Source of the DNA: Candidatus Obscuribacterales bacterium
GTDB lineage: Bacteria; Cyanobacteriota; Vampirovibrionia; Obscuribacterales; Obscuribacteraceae
Assembly: GCA_965228855.1 (NCBI GenBank)
Contig: CBDDIJ010000003.1
Location: 1,408,001-1,472,000, forward strand
Reading direction: 5' to 3'
Length of the DNA stretch: 64,000 nucleotides
Shown: positions 29,403 to 39,276 of the stretch, in pieces
How the letters are laid out: each line of letters begins with the position of its first letter
Position numbering within the stretch: position 1 is the stretch's first letter
Notes under the pieces: generated by a model
Databases searched by the model: none
The model's input: only the letters and a program-made list of their open reading frames with translations
What the model was told of the DNA's origin: nothing
Program-made: the position numbers and the translations under genes

Positions 29403-29673
29403 ATCTCAGTTAATCTCCCCAAAAGATTGCAAACGAGAGGGCGAATCGGTGGACTCATTTCGATTATGCGATGCCGAGGCAAATTGATGGAATCACCCAA
29501 CCGAGTTACTGACGGGTGATTTTCAATAGTGCACCCTTGAATTCGAGTTTGGTATCATTTCGGTCGACGGATGCGACATCGTGGCTGTTGCGCGGTGACA
29601 TCGTTTCTAACTGTGCAAATTTAGCAACGTCCTTGTCGGGCGCGCAAAGATTATTAACCTGAGCGGAGTAGTT

Positions 29674-30813
29674 ATGACGGCAACTAAGGTCAAAAACGTG
29701 AACGTGTTAGTTGGAACAAGAAAAGGTGCATTCGTGTTGACGTCCGACACTGGACGAAAGGAATGGGAGCAATCCGAACCTATCTTTCTCGGACATATCA
29801 TTCACCACTTCGCCGCCGACACTAGAAAGGTTGGCGTGATGCTCATGGCTGCGAAAACGGGGCACCTTGGACCTACTGTCTTTCGCTCCACAGACGGTGG
29901 CGCGACCTGGACTGAAGCATCAAAACCGCCCGCGTTTGCTAAAGTCGAAGAGACGCCGGACGGCAAAAAGGGGCGCGTAGTCGAGCGCGTATTCTGGCTC
30001 ACCCAGGGGCATGACTCCCAGCCCGGAGTCTGGTATGCGGGAACTTCGCCCGCTGGTGTTTTTATCTCAAAAGATGATGGAGACAACTGGGAGCCGGTTG
30101 CCGGTTTTAACGATAACCCCATGTACGATCAATGGACGGAGGGCGCAACGCCTGACGGAGTATTTCTACATTCCATCCTGGTTGATCCACGCGATTCGAA
30201 TCATATGTATTTAGGAATCTCCATAGGTGGTTGCTTCGAAAGCACAGATGCTGGAGCCTCATGGAAGCCTTTAAACAAGGGTATCGAGGCCGAATGGATT
30301 CCGGATCCGACCGTCGAGTTCGGGCATGACCCGCACTGTATCGTCTATCACCCGGCTTCTCCCGATCGACTCTATCAGCAAAATCATTGCGGCATATATA
30401 AGATTGACCGCCCTTCCGATCAATGGATACGCATCGGTCGCAACATGCCGGAAGGTGTCGGCGACATCGGTTTTCCGATAGTTGTGCATCCAACGAACGT
30501 GGACACGGCCTGGGTATTTCCAATGGACGGAACAGAAGTTTGGCCGCGCACCAGCCCCGAGGGTAAGCCCGCCGCATATGTCACCACCAACGGTGGCGAC
30601 ACCTGGAAGAGACAGGACAAGGGACTTCCGAGCAAGCAGGCGTACCTCACGGTGAAACGTCAGGCAATGACTACGGACAAGCAAGACCCAGTTGGACTAT
30701 ATTTCGGCACCACCGGTGGTGAGGTATGGGCGAGCGCCGACGAAGGGGAAACTTGGGAGTGTATTGCAAGGCACCTTCCCGAGGTCTACTCTCTGACAGT
30801 GCAGGAAAATTGA
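29674..30813 (+). CDS. BNR/Asp-box beta-propeller (sialidase-like fold), no signal peptide
   Basis: LVGTRKGAF; Asp boxes STDGGATW, SKDDGDNW, STDAGASW, TTNGGDTW, SADEGETW; QQNHCGIY. Confidence 0.85.
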   Translation: MTATKVKNVNVLVGTRKGAFVLTSDTGRKEWEQSEPIFLGHIIHHFAADTRKVGVMLMAAKTGHLGPTVFRSTDGGATWTEASKPPAFAKVEETPDGKKGRVVERVFWLTQGHDSQPGVWYAGTSPAGVFISKDDGDNWEPVAGFNDNPMYDQWTEGATPDGVFLHSILVDPRDSNHMYLGISIGGCFESTDAGASWKPLNKGIEAEWIPDPTVEFGHDPHCIVYHPASPDRLYQQNHCGIYKIDRPSDQWIRIGRNMPEGVGDIGFPIVVHPTNVDTAWVFPMDGTEVWPRTSPEGKPAAYVTTNGGDTWKRQDKGLPSKQAYLTVKRQAMTTDKQDPVGLYFGTTGGEVWASADEGETWECIARHLPEVYSLTVQEN

Positions 30814-30814
30814 T

Positions 30815-31075
30815 ATGAAAGTTCGAATTCCGAGTCCGTTGAGATCGTACACGAAGCAGCAGAGTGAAGTTGCTGGCAGTGGCTCTTCATTATGGGAGGT
30901 CCTTGCAGACCTGGACAAGAATTATCCTGGAATACGCTTTCGCATGATTGACGAGCAAGACGGAATCCGCCAGCACATCAAATTCTTCGTGAACAACGAA
31001 GAAACCGAAAAACTCGATGTGCCGGTTGCAGAAACCGATACTGTGCATATCATCTGTGCACTCAGTGGTGGTTAG
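30815..31075 (+). CDS. MoaD/ThiS-family ubiquitin-like protein
   Basis: 86 aa beta-grasp (VRIPSPLR...FVN...ICALSGG) ending in GG; 1 bp after the BNR gene. Confidence 0.9.
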   Translation: MKVRIPSPLRSYTKQQSEVAGSGSSLWEVLADLDKNYPGIRFRMIDEQDGIRQHIKFFVNNEETEKLDVPVAETDTVHIICALSGG

Positions 31076-31136
31076 AGGCGCTCAAGCATTTTGCTTTCAA
31101 GCTCTACAATGAGCGATCCAGGGTTACCTGCGTGGG

Positions 31137-32294
31137 TTAATATTTCGGAATGGTCGAATCAACTTTGTCAGACCATTCGAGAATGCCACCGCGCACGTTT
31201 CTCAGGCTCGTAAAGCCGTTCTGTTTCAAATATTCGACCGCATTCCTGCTGCGCGCACCGGATCTGCAGTAGATGTAGGTTTCCGCGTTCTTATCTAATT
31301 CGTTAAAGCGGGTCGGCAGCTCGTTCAATGGAATATGCTTAGAGCCTTCAATTTTGCAAAACGCAACTTCGTTATCATTGCGAACATCGAGAAGCAAAAT
31401 CTCGTCTGCTCGTTCTTTCAAAATTTTTGCGACGTCTACTACGTCAATGTCGGAACCGTGCATGTCACCACCTGTAGTGCTAGCTCTTTCAACCGGATTC
31501 GCGCAAGAGATGGACAGGTCTGCCGGTCGAGTAATGGTCGGCTGCTCTCCGCAGACCGGGCAATCGCGCTTGCGTTTTATCGCTAGCTTCTGAAAGTCCA
31601 TATCCAGCGCGTTGTAGAGTAGTAGTTTACCAATAAGCGGCTGTCCTTCCCCTAGAATTAGTTTAACGGCTTCGGTCGCTTGCAAGGTGCCGATCACGCC
31701 AGCCAGAACGCCCAACACACCGCCTTCTGCGCAATTCGGTACCGCGTCCGGCGCGGGCGGTACTGGAAATAGGCAGCGATAGCAGGGACCTGTGGTTGTG
31801 CAAAAAACACTGAGCTGTCCTTCGAAACGAAAAATCGAGCCGTACACGTTCGGCTTGGATGACAAAACGCAGGCGTCGTTAATCAAATACCGCGTCTCGA
31901 AGTTGTCCGTCCCATCTACAACCAGGTCGTAGTCCGCTAAAGTCTCCATCACGTTCGCTGCTGAAAGCCGAATCTTGTGACTGCTAATCTCAATCTCCGG
32001 ATTCAATGCCAGAAGTCTGTCTTTCGCGGTCTCAGATTTTGACTTTTTGACATCAGAAACCGCATACAATACCTGACGCTGTAGATTGCTCAAATCCACG
32101 CTGTCGAAATCGATTAAACCTAGCCTTCCAACGCCGGCTGCAGCAAGATAAAGAGCGACAGGCGATCCTAAGCCTCCGGCTCCGACAATCGCAACGCGGG
32201 CGTTCTTCAGTTTGAGTTGCCCTTTCTCTCCAACTTCCGGGAGAATCAAGTGGCGTAGATAGCGTTGTTTCTCTGTGTTGCTGAGTTCTGTCAT
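31137..32294 (-). CDS. moeB: MoeB/ThiF E1-like adenylyltransferase with C-terminal rhodanese (MoeZ-type)
   Basis: RYLRH, GAGGLG, SNLQRQ, DGTDNF, CYRC and CPVC zinc pairs, catalytic-loop NCAEGG, rhodanese YCRSGARS. Confidence 0.92.
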   Translation of the reverse strand: MTELSNTEKQRYLRHLILPEVGEKGQLKLKNARVAIVGAGGLGSPVALYLAAAGVGRLGLIDFDSVDLSNLQRQVLYAVSDVKKSKSETAKDRLLALNPEIEISSHKIRLSAANVMETLADYDLVVDGTDNFETRYLINDACVLSSKPNVYGSIFRFEGQLSVFCTTTGPCYRCLFPVPPAPDAVPNCAEGGVLGVLAGVIGTLQATEAVKLILGEGQPLIGKLLLYNALDMDFQKLAIKRKRDCPVCGEQPTITRPADLSISCANPVERASTTGGDMHGSDIDVVDVAKILKERADEILLLDVRNDNEVAFCKIEGSKHIPLNELPTRFNELDKNAETYIYCRSGARSRNAVEYLKQNGFTSLRNVRGGILEWSDKVDSTIPKY

Positions 32295-32318
32295 GCGACT
32301 GTTATCGGTGAATCGCGC

Positions 32319-32798
32319 CTAAGAAAAATGTTTGATCAAACGGTCGTAGGTCTGTCCGAGGTCTTCGGGAAGAACTCTGGATTCGCCGATCGAAGTCATA
32401 AAGTTGGCATCGCCAATCCAACGCGGTACGAGATGCATGTGCAAATGATCTTTCACACCGGCGCCGGCGGCCCGACCGAGATTCCATCCTATATTGAAGC
32501 CATCGGGATTGTACTCTCTGGCCAGGACAACCTCGGCCATTTTTGCAAGTGACATCATTTCACTTGTTGATTCGTCGTCGAACTTGGCCAATGAAGATTC
32601 GTGCTGGTAGGGGACTACCATTAAATGACCGCTCGTATACGGATAGAGATTGAGGATAATGAAATTGAGTTTGCCCCGGAATAGAATCAAGTTCGTTCTA
32701 TCATCACCTGATTCCAGTAGATTGCAGAACACGCAGCCAGGCGTGCGATCGACGTTTGTTATGTAGGTGTATCGCCAGGGTGTCCAGATGTGTTCCAT
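32319..32798 (-). CDS. HIT family protein (Ap4A phosphorylase/hydrolase-like)
   Basis: WTPWR, CVFC, NLYPYTSGHLMV, GFNIGWNLGRAAGAG, HLHMHLVPRW. Confidence 0.92.
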   Translation of the reverse strand: MEHIWTPWRYTYITNVDRTPGCVFCNLLESGDDRTNLILFRGKLNFIILNLYPYTSGHLMVVPYQHESSLAKFDDESTSEMMSLAKMAEVVLAREYNPDGFNIGWNLGRAAGAGVKDHLHMHLVPRWIGDANFMTSIGESRVLPEDLGQTYDRLIKHFS

Positions 32799-33029
32799 TA
32801 GCTCGAATCTATATAAGTAATAATTCAGGTCAAAAATTTTCGGTGGAGGCAGGCACCGTATCTGGTGAATTCTCGGAAGTCTTGAGTTGTCAAGCGCTTC
32901 TGATTGCTTGCCTCTGAGAAAATTCCGGACGGAAAATTAAGTTTACCAGGTATAACTTCGGACATTTGTATATTCGAAGTTACACTGATTGAACCGCAGC
33001 AGACTCTGTATTCCAAAAGGGGCTAAGTT

Positions 33030-34877
33030 ATGCAATCGACGACTTCGACGGGTTCGGTAGTACCTACAATTTGCAGCTACGATTTGAAACATGATCGACT
33101 GCTGAAGTGGGTGAAAGAGGTCGCGGCGCTTACAAAGCCTGATTCCATCTATATCTGCGATGGCAGCCAGCAAGAGTATGACCGACTTTGTTCCGAAATG
33201 GTCGCTCAAGGCAAACTCATAAAGTTGAATCCGGAGAAGCGGCCCAATAGCTATTTGACTCGTTCGGACGCATCCGATGTCGCACGTGTCGAAGACAAGA
33301 CTTTCGTCTGCACCACTAACAGAGATGATGCAGGTGCGACCAATAACTGGATGGCGCCTTCGGAAATGAAAGCCACCCTGAGCAAACTTTTCGATGGTTC
33401 TATGCGCGGAAGAACCATGTACGTTATTCCGTTCAGCATGGGACCGGTTGGTTCGCCTCTGTCACACATCGGCGTGGAAATAACCGATTCACCATATGTG
33501 GTGGTGAGCATGCGCATCATGACCAGAATGGGCAAAGCCGCGGCGGAAGCGCTCGGCAAGGATGGCGACTTCGTTCCGTGCTTGCACACTGTAGGCGCGC
33601 CATTGTCTCCCGGCGAAAAGGATGCGCTCTGGCCATGCAATCCGGATACGAAGTACATTTGTCATTTCCCGGAAACGCGCGAAATCTGGTCCTACGGATC
33701 CGGTTATGGTGGCAACGCTCTCCTCGGCAAAAAATGTTTCGCTCTTCGGATCGCGTCAACGATGGCACGCGAAGAAGGCTGGTTGGCCGAGCACATGCTC
33801 ATTCTCGGCATGCAGTCACCAGCCGGTGAGAAAGCGTACGTCGCGGCGGCATTCCCTTCGGCATGTGGCAAAACCAACCTTGCAATGTTGATTCCACCAA
33901 AGACATTTGACGGATGGAAGGTCACCACAGTTGGTGACGATATCGCCTGGATTAAACCGCGAGATGGCAAGTTCTATGCGATCAATCCGGAAGCTGGCTA
34001 TTTTGGCGTAGCTCCCGGCACCTCCGAGAAAACCAATCCGAATGCAATCGCTACGTTGAAGGAGAATTGCTTGTTCACCAACGTCGCACTGACCCCCGAT
34101 GGTGATGTTTGGTGGGAAGGTCTGACCGAGGAAAAACCGGCGAGTTTGATCGACTGGACCGGTCAAGAATGGACACCGGACTGTGGTCGTCCAGCGGCAC
34201 ATCCAAACGCGCGCTTCACGGTCGCGGCGTCTCAATGCCCGTCTCTGGACGAGAAGTGGGATGACCCTCAGGGCGTGCCGATCAGCGCATTTATCTTTGG
34301 CGGCAGACGCTGTTCTACAATTCCGTTGGTCACCGAAGCATACACGTGGACCGATGGCGTCTACATGGCGGCGACTATGGGATCGGAAACCACGGCAGCG
34401 GCATTCGGAAAAATCGGTCAGGTTCGTCGTGACCCGATGGCGATGCTCCCATTCTGCGGTTACAACATGGCTGACTACTTTGCGCACTGGCTTGAGATGG
34501 GCAAGCGCGTGCAGAGTGCACCGAAAATTTTCTGCACCAATTGGTTCCTGACTAACGAGAACGGCAAATTCATCTGGCCGGGATTCGGTGAAAACATGCG
34601 CGTTCTTCAGTGGATTTTCGAGCGTGCCCACGACCGTGGAACAGCCAATGAGACCGAATTGGGCTTCATGCCAGCATTCGATGATATCGACTGGAGAGGG
34701 TTGGACACGATCGAAAAATCTGTATGGACACAGTTGATGAAGATCGACCCTGAGCAGTGGCGCGACGAAGTCGTTCTTCACGATGAGCTCTTCGAGAGGC
34801 TCGGCGAGCGTGTACCGCGTCCGTTGCTGTTAAAGCGCAATCGACTGCATTCGGCGTTCAACAAAAAAACAAACTAG
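33030..34877 (+). CDS. pckG: Phosphoenolpyruvate carboxykinase (GTP)
   Basis: [71 protein letters not shown]. Confidence 0.97.
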   Translation: MQSTTSTGSVVPTICSYDLKHDRLLKWVKEVAALTKPDSIYICDGSQQEYDRLCSEMVAQGKLIKLNPEKRPNSYLTRSDASDVARVEDKTFVCTTNRDDAGATNNWMAPSEMKATLSKLFDGSMRGRTMYVIPFSMGPVGSPLSHIGVEITDSPYVVVSMRIMTRMGKAAAEALGKDGDFVPCLHTVGAPLSPGEKDALWPCNPDTKYICHFPETREIWSYGSGYGGNALLGKKCFALRIASTMAREEGWLAEHMLILGMQSPAGEKAYVAAAFPSACGKTNLAMLIPPKTFDGWKVTTVGDDIAWIKPRDGKFYAINPEAGYFGVAPGTSEKTNPNAIATLKENCLFTNVALTPDGDVWWEGLTEEKPASLIDWTGQEWTPDCGRPAAHPNARFTVAASQCPSLDEKWDDPQGVPISAFIFGGRRCSTIPLVTEAYTWTDGVYMAATMGSETTAAAFGKIGQVRRDPMAMLPFCGYNMADYFAHWLEMGKRVQSAPKIFCTNWFLTNENGKFIWPGFGENMRVLQWIFERAHDRGTANETELGFMPAFDDIDWRGLDTIEKSVWTQLMKIDPEQWRDEVVLHDELFERLGERVPRPLLLKRNRLHSAFNKKTN

Positions 34878-34887
34878 TTTCCAGCTC

Positions 34888-36501
34888 CTAAGGAATTAGA
34901 CGGCGAAGCACTTCGACGAGAGTCTTGTGCAGCGATTCGCCATCGCAAGGGTGAGCAGGCAAAGCCTCGATATCGTTTGTGACCGGTTTACGCAGACCCG
35001 GATACATAATCGAGGAGTAAATAATTTCACTCGCGTTTTCAACACCGCGAATCTGCTGTTTAAACTGCAAGATTTCGTTGACATCAGTCTGGAGCGGGTC
35101 AAGTGCCGAACGCTTTCTGTTGTACTCGTCGGCGATCGTCCGTTTCGTTTTACGCTTCACCGGCTTGGCTGTACTTTCTGGTAGCGGTTTTGCATCAACC
35201 CAATATTTTGGATCAAACAGCATCGCTTTACCGATTTGCCCAGGCGCCTCGAGAAAGATCGCTACACCGGTCGGTGGGTGTGGTGCGCCTAATGCGGCTG
35301 CGCCCAATGGACTCCATGGCACATAGCTGACCAGAAGACCGGCTCGATCGGACCAGAGTTGGACAGCTGGGCGCCCGTCATTCAATACCTGAATTGTTGT
35401 GTTCTTATTGAAGCTCCGCACCCAATGGTGATTAGTACAGCGATAGCCTTTCTCCGAGCAGACCTGAAGGAGCGCGTTGAGAAGTTTAAAACCGGCCCAG
35501 CGCTGATATAAATATGGAAAATTATTCAGAGGTGCTGCGAGTGCGGGCTCCTCGATGTTGACAGCTGCTTGTTGGCTGAGACCGAGATACCCCTGAAGAA
35601 CCGCTCGGTAAGCCGGATTCTTTAAGAGCACCATAGTAATACGAACGGATGTAATTGATGCGTTGCGAATCGATCGCAAAAATGTCGCGCGCATGTATGC
35701 CAGGTGAAATTCGTTGGCGAGATTGTCAACTTCGGTTGTCATTGCCGGCGGTGGCGTCATAGCTTTGAGTCTGGCTTGCAATCTCGAGAGACGGCTTCTT
35801 AACGCCAGCGCATATGCTTTGACAAGCCTGTTTTCATAAGCTTCAAACGACTGGTCTACCGTGGTGTCATACATTTGATAGAGTCGGCTGCTTGAAAGAA
35901 CGTTTCCAGGCATGGACATAGCTTGCGGCAAGCGCGAGATGTCCGGTCTTCGCACTTTCTCCACACTGCGCACTTCCAACTTTGGTATCAAAATTTTCAC
36001 GCAGTCGCGTTGCAGGATTGCAAGAATCTGCATCATGCCGAGCCGCTCTTTTGTTCCCATAATAGCGTCGCGCAGTTTTACAAATTCCTCTTCTTCGATG
36101 GACATCTGATCGCGCGCCGGCGGCGGGCTTATCTGTGCGCCGCATGCAATCAGGCGATTAGTGAGCATTGCCGGTAGTACGTCAGTCAACTCCTGAAACA
36201 CAAGATTGAAATCTTCTTCCTCGAAGTGCGTCGGCAAAACCGTAACTGTCCTGCTCTCGCTGATTCCATTGCAGGCCAGAAACAGCTCATAGTGACCTGG
36301 ACCACACGGAGGCCACTGGGAGTACGCAAGCGATTCGTTATCGAAAAGTGGAAGGTAAACACCGGCAAGTGTCAGCGAAATCGACGGACGAAGTTCTTTC
36401 GGAACATTAATCGCAATTCCGCACTTACGCCCTTCGATTGGACTCGGAATTACCGAACCCGAGTCGTAAAAGCTGAGTCGTGACGAACGTGGCGATTCCA
36501 T
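34888..36501 (-). CDS. DUF2357/McrC-like protein (PD-(D/E)XK-derived C-terminus, apparently degenerate)
   Basis: YENRLVK, VLLKNPAYRAV, LYQRW, FDPKY, IMYPG motifs; 27 bp downstream of a McrB-like gene. Confidence 0.7.
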   Translation of the reverse strand: MESPRSSRLSFYDSGSVIPSPIEGRKCGIAINVPKELRPSISLTLAGVYLPLFDNESLAYSQWPPCGPGHYELFLACNGISESRTVTVLPTHFEEEDFNLVFQELTDVLPAMLTNRLIACGAQISPPPARDQMSIEEEEFVKLRDAIMGTKERLGMMQILAILQRDCVKILIPKLEVRSVEKVRRPDISRLPQAMSMPGNVLSSSRLYQMYDTTVDQSFEAYENRLVKAYALALRSRLSRLQARLKAMTPPPAMTTEVDNLANEFHLAYMRATFLRSIRNASITSVRITMVLLKNPAYRAVLQGYLGLSQQAAVNIEEPALAAPLNNFPYLYQRWAGFKLLNALLQVCSEKGYRCTNHHWVRSFNKNTTIQVLNDGRPAVQLWSDRAGLLVSYVPWSPLGAAALGAPHPPTGVAIFLEAPGQIGKAMLFDPKYWVDAKPLPESTAKPVKRKTKRTIADEYNRKRSALDPLQTDVNEILQFKQQIRGVENASEIIYSSIMYPGLRKPVTNDIEALPAHPCDGESLHKTLVEVLRRLIP

Positions 36502-36528
36502 TTCTGCGATTTGATGAGGTGCCGAGAC

Positions 36529-37467
36529 CTAGAAGAATGAGGCAATACCATTTGTCTGGTAACCGTAGTTTAGCTGCTGAATCTTGTGATGACTGCGAGG
36601 GAATCTGTTTGCAGTGAGTTCTGTAAGCCTGTGCAACATGGCACCAATTCTGATATCAGTACCTTTGATGCGCGGAAGAATTTTCTGGATAATTTGATCG
36701 TCCAATGCCTCTTCCCACGGCACTCCGATGCGAACAGCTTCGTCGACATAGCGGTTGACTTCATCGACAATACGAATCGAGAACGGATTAACCTCAGCCA
36801 CGGCATCAAAAACGGCCATCAGCCAATCTCGAAGTTCTGGGCGCTGAATGCGTGAGGCGACCTCTTCTCGCAAGTGAGTCACTTCGATCACCTGCGCACG
36901 GTCGTAGATTTTGTCTGCGAAGTTTTGAGTTGTTTCATCGACGTTGACGGTTCCGATAAAGAACAAATTCGGCGTAAGGTCGACTACGTCAGGACCCGAC
37001 ATAGTGACCTGCGCGCGGCCGGCGGCGGTGAGGACTTCCATCGCGGACAAGAATTTCGCGAAGTAATATTCGACGCGTGCCAGGTTCATTTCGTCTAAAA
37101 CGAGGTGGAAAGGCTCGGGCGGTTTACCCACGCTAATCGCAGAGTGATAGGCGCGGGCGGCTTGTCGCAGGAACAAGCTAAAGTCGGTGTCATAGTATTG
37201 TTTGCTCAGGGGATTGTAATATCCCAAGAGATCTTCGTTAGTCGTCCAGTTTGGCGCGACGGCAACGAGGCAATACTTGGCATCGACGGCGTCTGCGTAC
37301 ATTCTGGTAAGCAAGGTTTTACCGCTTCCGCTCACGCCGCAGAGAATCACGAAGCGACGAGTTTTAAGCGAAAGATGATAACGCCTGAGCAGGTCTGAAT
37401 TGTAGACGGCTCCGGAAGCGTCGATTGTTCGACGAATGTAATCAAAATCAGGTTCAAAATAAGACAT
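36529..37467 (-). CDS. McrB-like AAA+ NTPase consisting of the NTPase domain only
   Basis: FVILCGVSGSGKT, VAPNWT..EDLLGYYN, LDEMNLARVEYYFA, GTVNVDET, KIYDRA, QKILPRIKG. ATG 37467 (or GTG 37491); in-frame stop at 37528-37530. Confidence 0.85.
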   Translation of the reverse strand: MSYFEPDFDYIRRTIDASGAVYNSDLLRRYHLSLKTRRFVILCGVSGSGKTLLTRMYADAVDAKYCLVAVAPNWTTNEDLLGYYNPLSKQYYDTDFSLFLRQAARAYHSAISVGKPPEPFHLVLDEMNLARVEYYFAKFLSAMEVLTAAGRAQVTMSGPDVVDLTPNLFFIGTVNVDETTQNFADKIYDRAQVIEVTHLREEVASRIQRPELRDWLMAVFDAVAEVNPFSIRIVDEVNRYVDEAVRIGVPWEEALDDQIIQKILPRIKGTDIRIGAMLHRLTELTANRFPRSHHKIQQLNYGYQTNGIASFF

Positions 37468-37540
37468 GACGATGTCATCCCTTTCTGCCACGCAGGAAAA
37501 CAGAAGGCACCACGCCAGTCTAGGATATCATACGAGCCGC

Positions 37541-38542
37541 TTAGAGGTCCTTGGAGAAAGTTTGTCCGATAAGGTCTTTGCCGAAACTATGGTGCGGCGA
37601 TTCTTCGATGAGTTCGAATCCGGCTCTGTCGTAGATTCTGCGCGCATCGGTCAAAACGCTATTGGTCCACAAGATCACTTTCTTGTAGCCAATCAGCCTG
37701 GCGAATCGCAAGCACTCCTCGACCAGTCGTGTGCCGATGCCCAAGCCGCGAGCGGCTGGATCGACGTATAGCATTCGAAGTTTCGCAATCCCTTCTCCAT
37801 GGCGGACAACAAAGACTGAGCCGACAATCTGATGGTCTTTTTCCGCGATCCAGCAACGCTCGAATTTTGGATCGAAGTCGCGAATAAACTTGGCGCAAAT
37901 TTCGGCGGCAAGCGCCTCGAATTCTCCACTCCAGCCGTATTCTTGAGCATAGAGAACGGTTTGGCGATGCACGATAAACGCCATGTCGCCTGGATGCGGG
38001 TCACGCAGAATGTAGCTCGCTCTCTGATCTAAACTCCTGGATTCGTTCAACAACTCCTGGATCTGCGTCATTGCTCCGAGCAGTTGCGTCTGTTCAGGCT
38101 CTGAAAGCTGGTTCAGCATTGCCACCACCTCAGACTGCGACGCTCTGTTCAGGTTGTCGAAAGTTTGTCGCCCCGCATCGGTAAGTTCCAGTTGTAATGC
38201 TCGCGCGTCTGAGGAGGAACGGTTCTTGTTCAATAGACCTTTCTTCTGGAACTTAGAGATTACTCTGCTCAAATAACCGGCATTCAGTCCCAGTTCTCGA
38301 CAGAGATCGGTGCTTGTCATGTTGTCGCGATTGGCAAGCTCATACAGGATGCGACTTTCGGTCAACGAAAAATCGCTGTTTAACAAATGTTCCTGAAGCA
38401 CCCCAATCTGACGGGTGTAGAAACGGTTAAAACTTCGGACGCTCTCCGCATTTGCATGAAGCTGCGTTTTCGGCACTGTTGTGACTCCGTGACAATAATT
38501 GCTTAAGGCAACTAGTTTACTTGCCTCAGGCAATTGAGTCAA
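37541..38542 (-). CDS. MarR-family HTH / GNAT acetyltransferase bifunctional regulator
   Basis: VRSFNRFYT, SLTESRILYEL, LNAGYLSR, DARAL; GNAT YAQEYGW, LYVDPAARGLGIG, LWTNSVL. Start may be about 20 codons downstream. Confidence 0.92.
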   Translation of the reverse strand: MTQLPEASKLVALSNYCHGVTTVPKTQLHANAESVRSFNRFYTRQIGVLQEHLLNSDFSLTESRILYELANRDNMTSTDLCRELGLNAGYLSRVISKFQKKGLLNKNRSSSDARALQLELTDAGRQTFDNLNRASQSEVVAMLNQLSEPEQTQLLGAMTQIQELLNESRSLDQRASYILRDPHPGDMAFIVHRQTVLYAQEYGWSGEFEALAAEICAKFIRDFDPKFERCWIAEKDHQIVGSVFVVRHGEGIAKLRMLYVDPAARGLGIGTRLVEECLRFARLIGYKKVILWTNSVLTDARRIYDRAGFELIEESPHHSFGKDLIGQTFSKDL

Positions 38543-38693
38543 TTCACAACAGGCTCTTGTCGCTCCAAATGTTTAGCAGAGAAGCGTCGGCAGATACTTA
38601 CATCGGTGTTGGAATCTTGGGCCGTGATTAGATAAGTCACTGGGTTGAGCCCTATCACGCTACAAGTTGATTGCGGTAAAGGGAGTTCGACGG

Positions 38694-39173
38694 ATGTCAG
38701 AGGAAATTCATCCACCAAAGCAAATTCGACCAGGTGCGGCCGTCTACCGTATTCTGGCGCTGGATACGATCGAACACATCGAGCTCCTTCAGCTAGCAGC
38801 GCAAGAGGCAGGTCATGAAGTCGTGGCCGTGACACGCATAGCTGAAGCAATGAACTTTCTGGACACTAAAGATCACGTCGACGTCGTGGTTTCAGCGGTT
38901 CACCTCGAGCAAGAAAGTGTTTTCGATTTTCTTCGACAGATGAAGAAGTCGCTAATCCACAAGGACGTTCCTTTTATGATGCTTTGCAGTGATCCGGGAG
39001 AGTTTGCGATGGCAGTCGATCACTCAGTTCAAACCGCGGCGACTGTCATGGGTGTCGACAAATACGTCACGATGCCGAAGTACGATGTCGGCAGATTGAT
39101 GAAAGAGATCGCCGCGATGATTCCGGATTGCCCACCCAGCAAAGACCTCGACGACACAGAACAATCAACGTAG
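38694..39173 (+). CDS. Stand-alone atypical receiver-domain protein
   Basis: RILALDT...DVVVSAVHL...VPFMML...GVDKYVTMP receiver fold; GGGAG RBS. Confidence 0.7.
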   Translation: MSEEIHPPKQIRPGAAVYRILALDTIEHIELLQLAAQEAGHEVVAVTRIAEAMNFLDTKDHVDVVVSAVHLEQESVFDFLRQMKKSLIHKDVPFMMLCSDPGEFAMAVDHSVQTAATVMGVDKYVTMPKYDVGRLMKEIAAMIPDCPPSKDLDDTEQST

Positions 39174-39276
39174 AGTCAAATACTGCATCTCGGCACCGCG
39201 GAAGGCTGTGATCAGTAGTAGAAACGCGAATGACGAACCCGGCGAAAATTAGGTACAGTGGTAAAACGCTCCCTGA

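Noticed and set aside
32952..32982. Resemblance to loxP (ATAACTTCG...CGAAGTTA)
   Set aside because: The inner spacing is 14 nt rather than 16, the TATA parts of the arms are not matched, and there is no second site or recombinase in the window. Kept only as an operator-like repeat.
33816..34781. 321-aa minus-strand ORF, and similar long antisense ORFs (2473..3174, 7595..8185, 26451..27002, 47581..48141, 57848..58453)
   Set aside because: They lie opposite well-supported genes and have no recognisable motifs.
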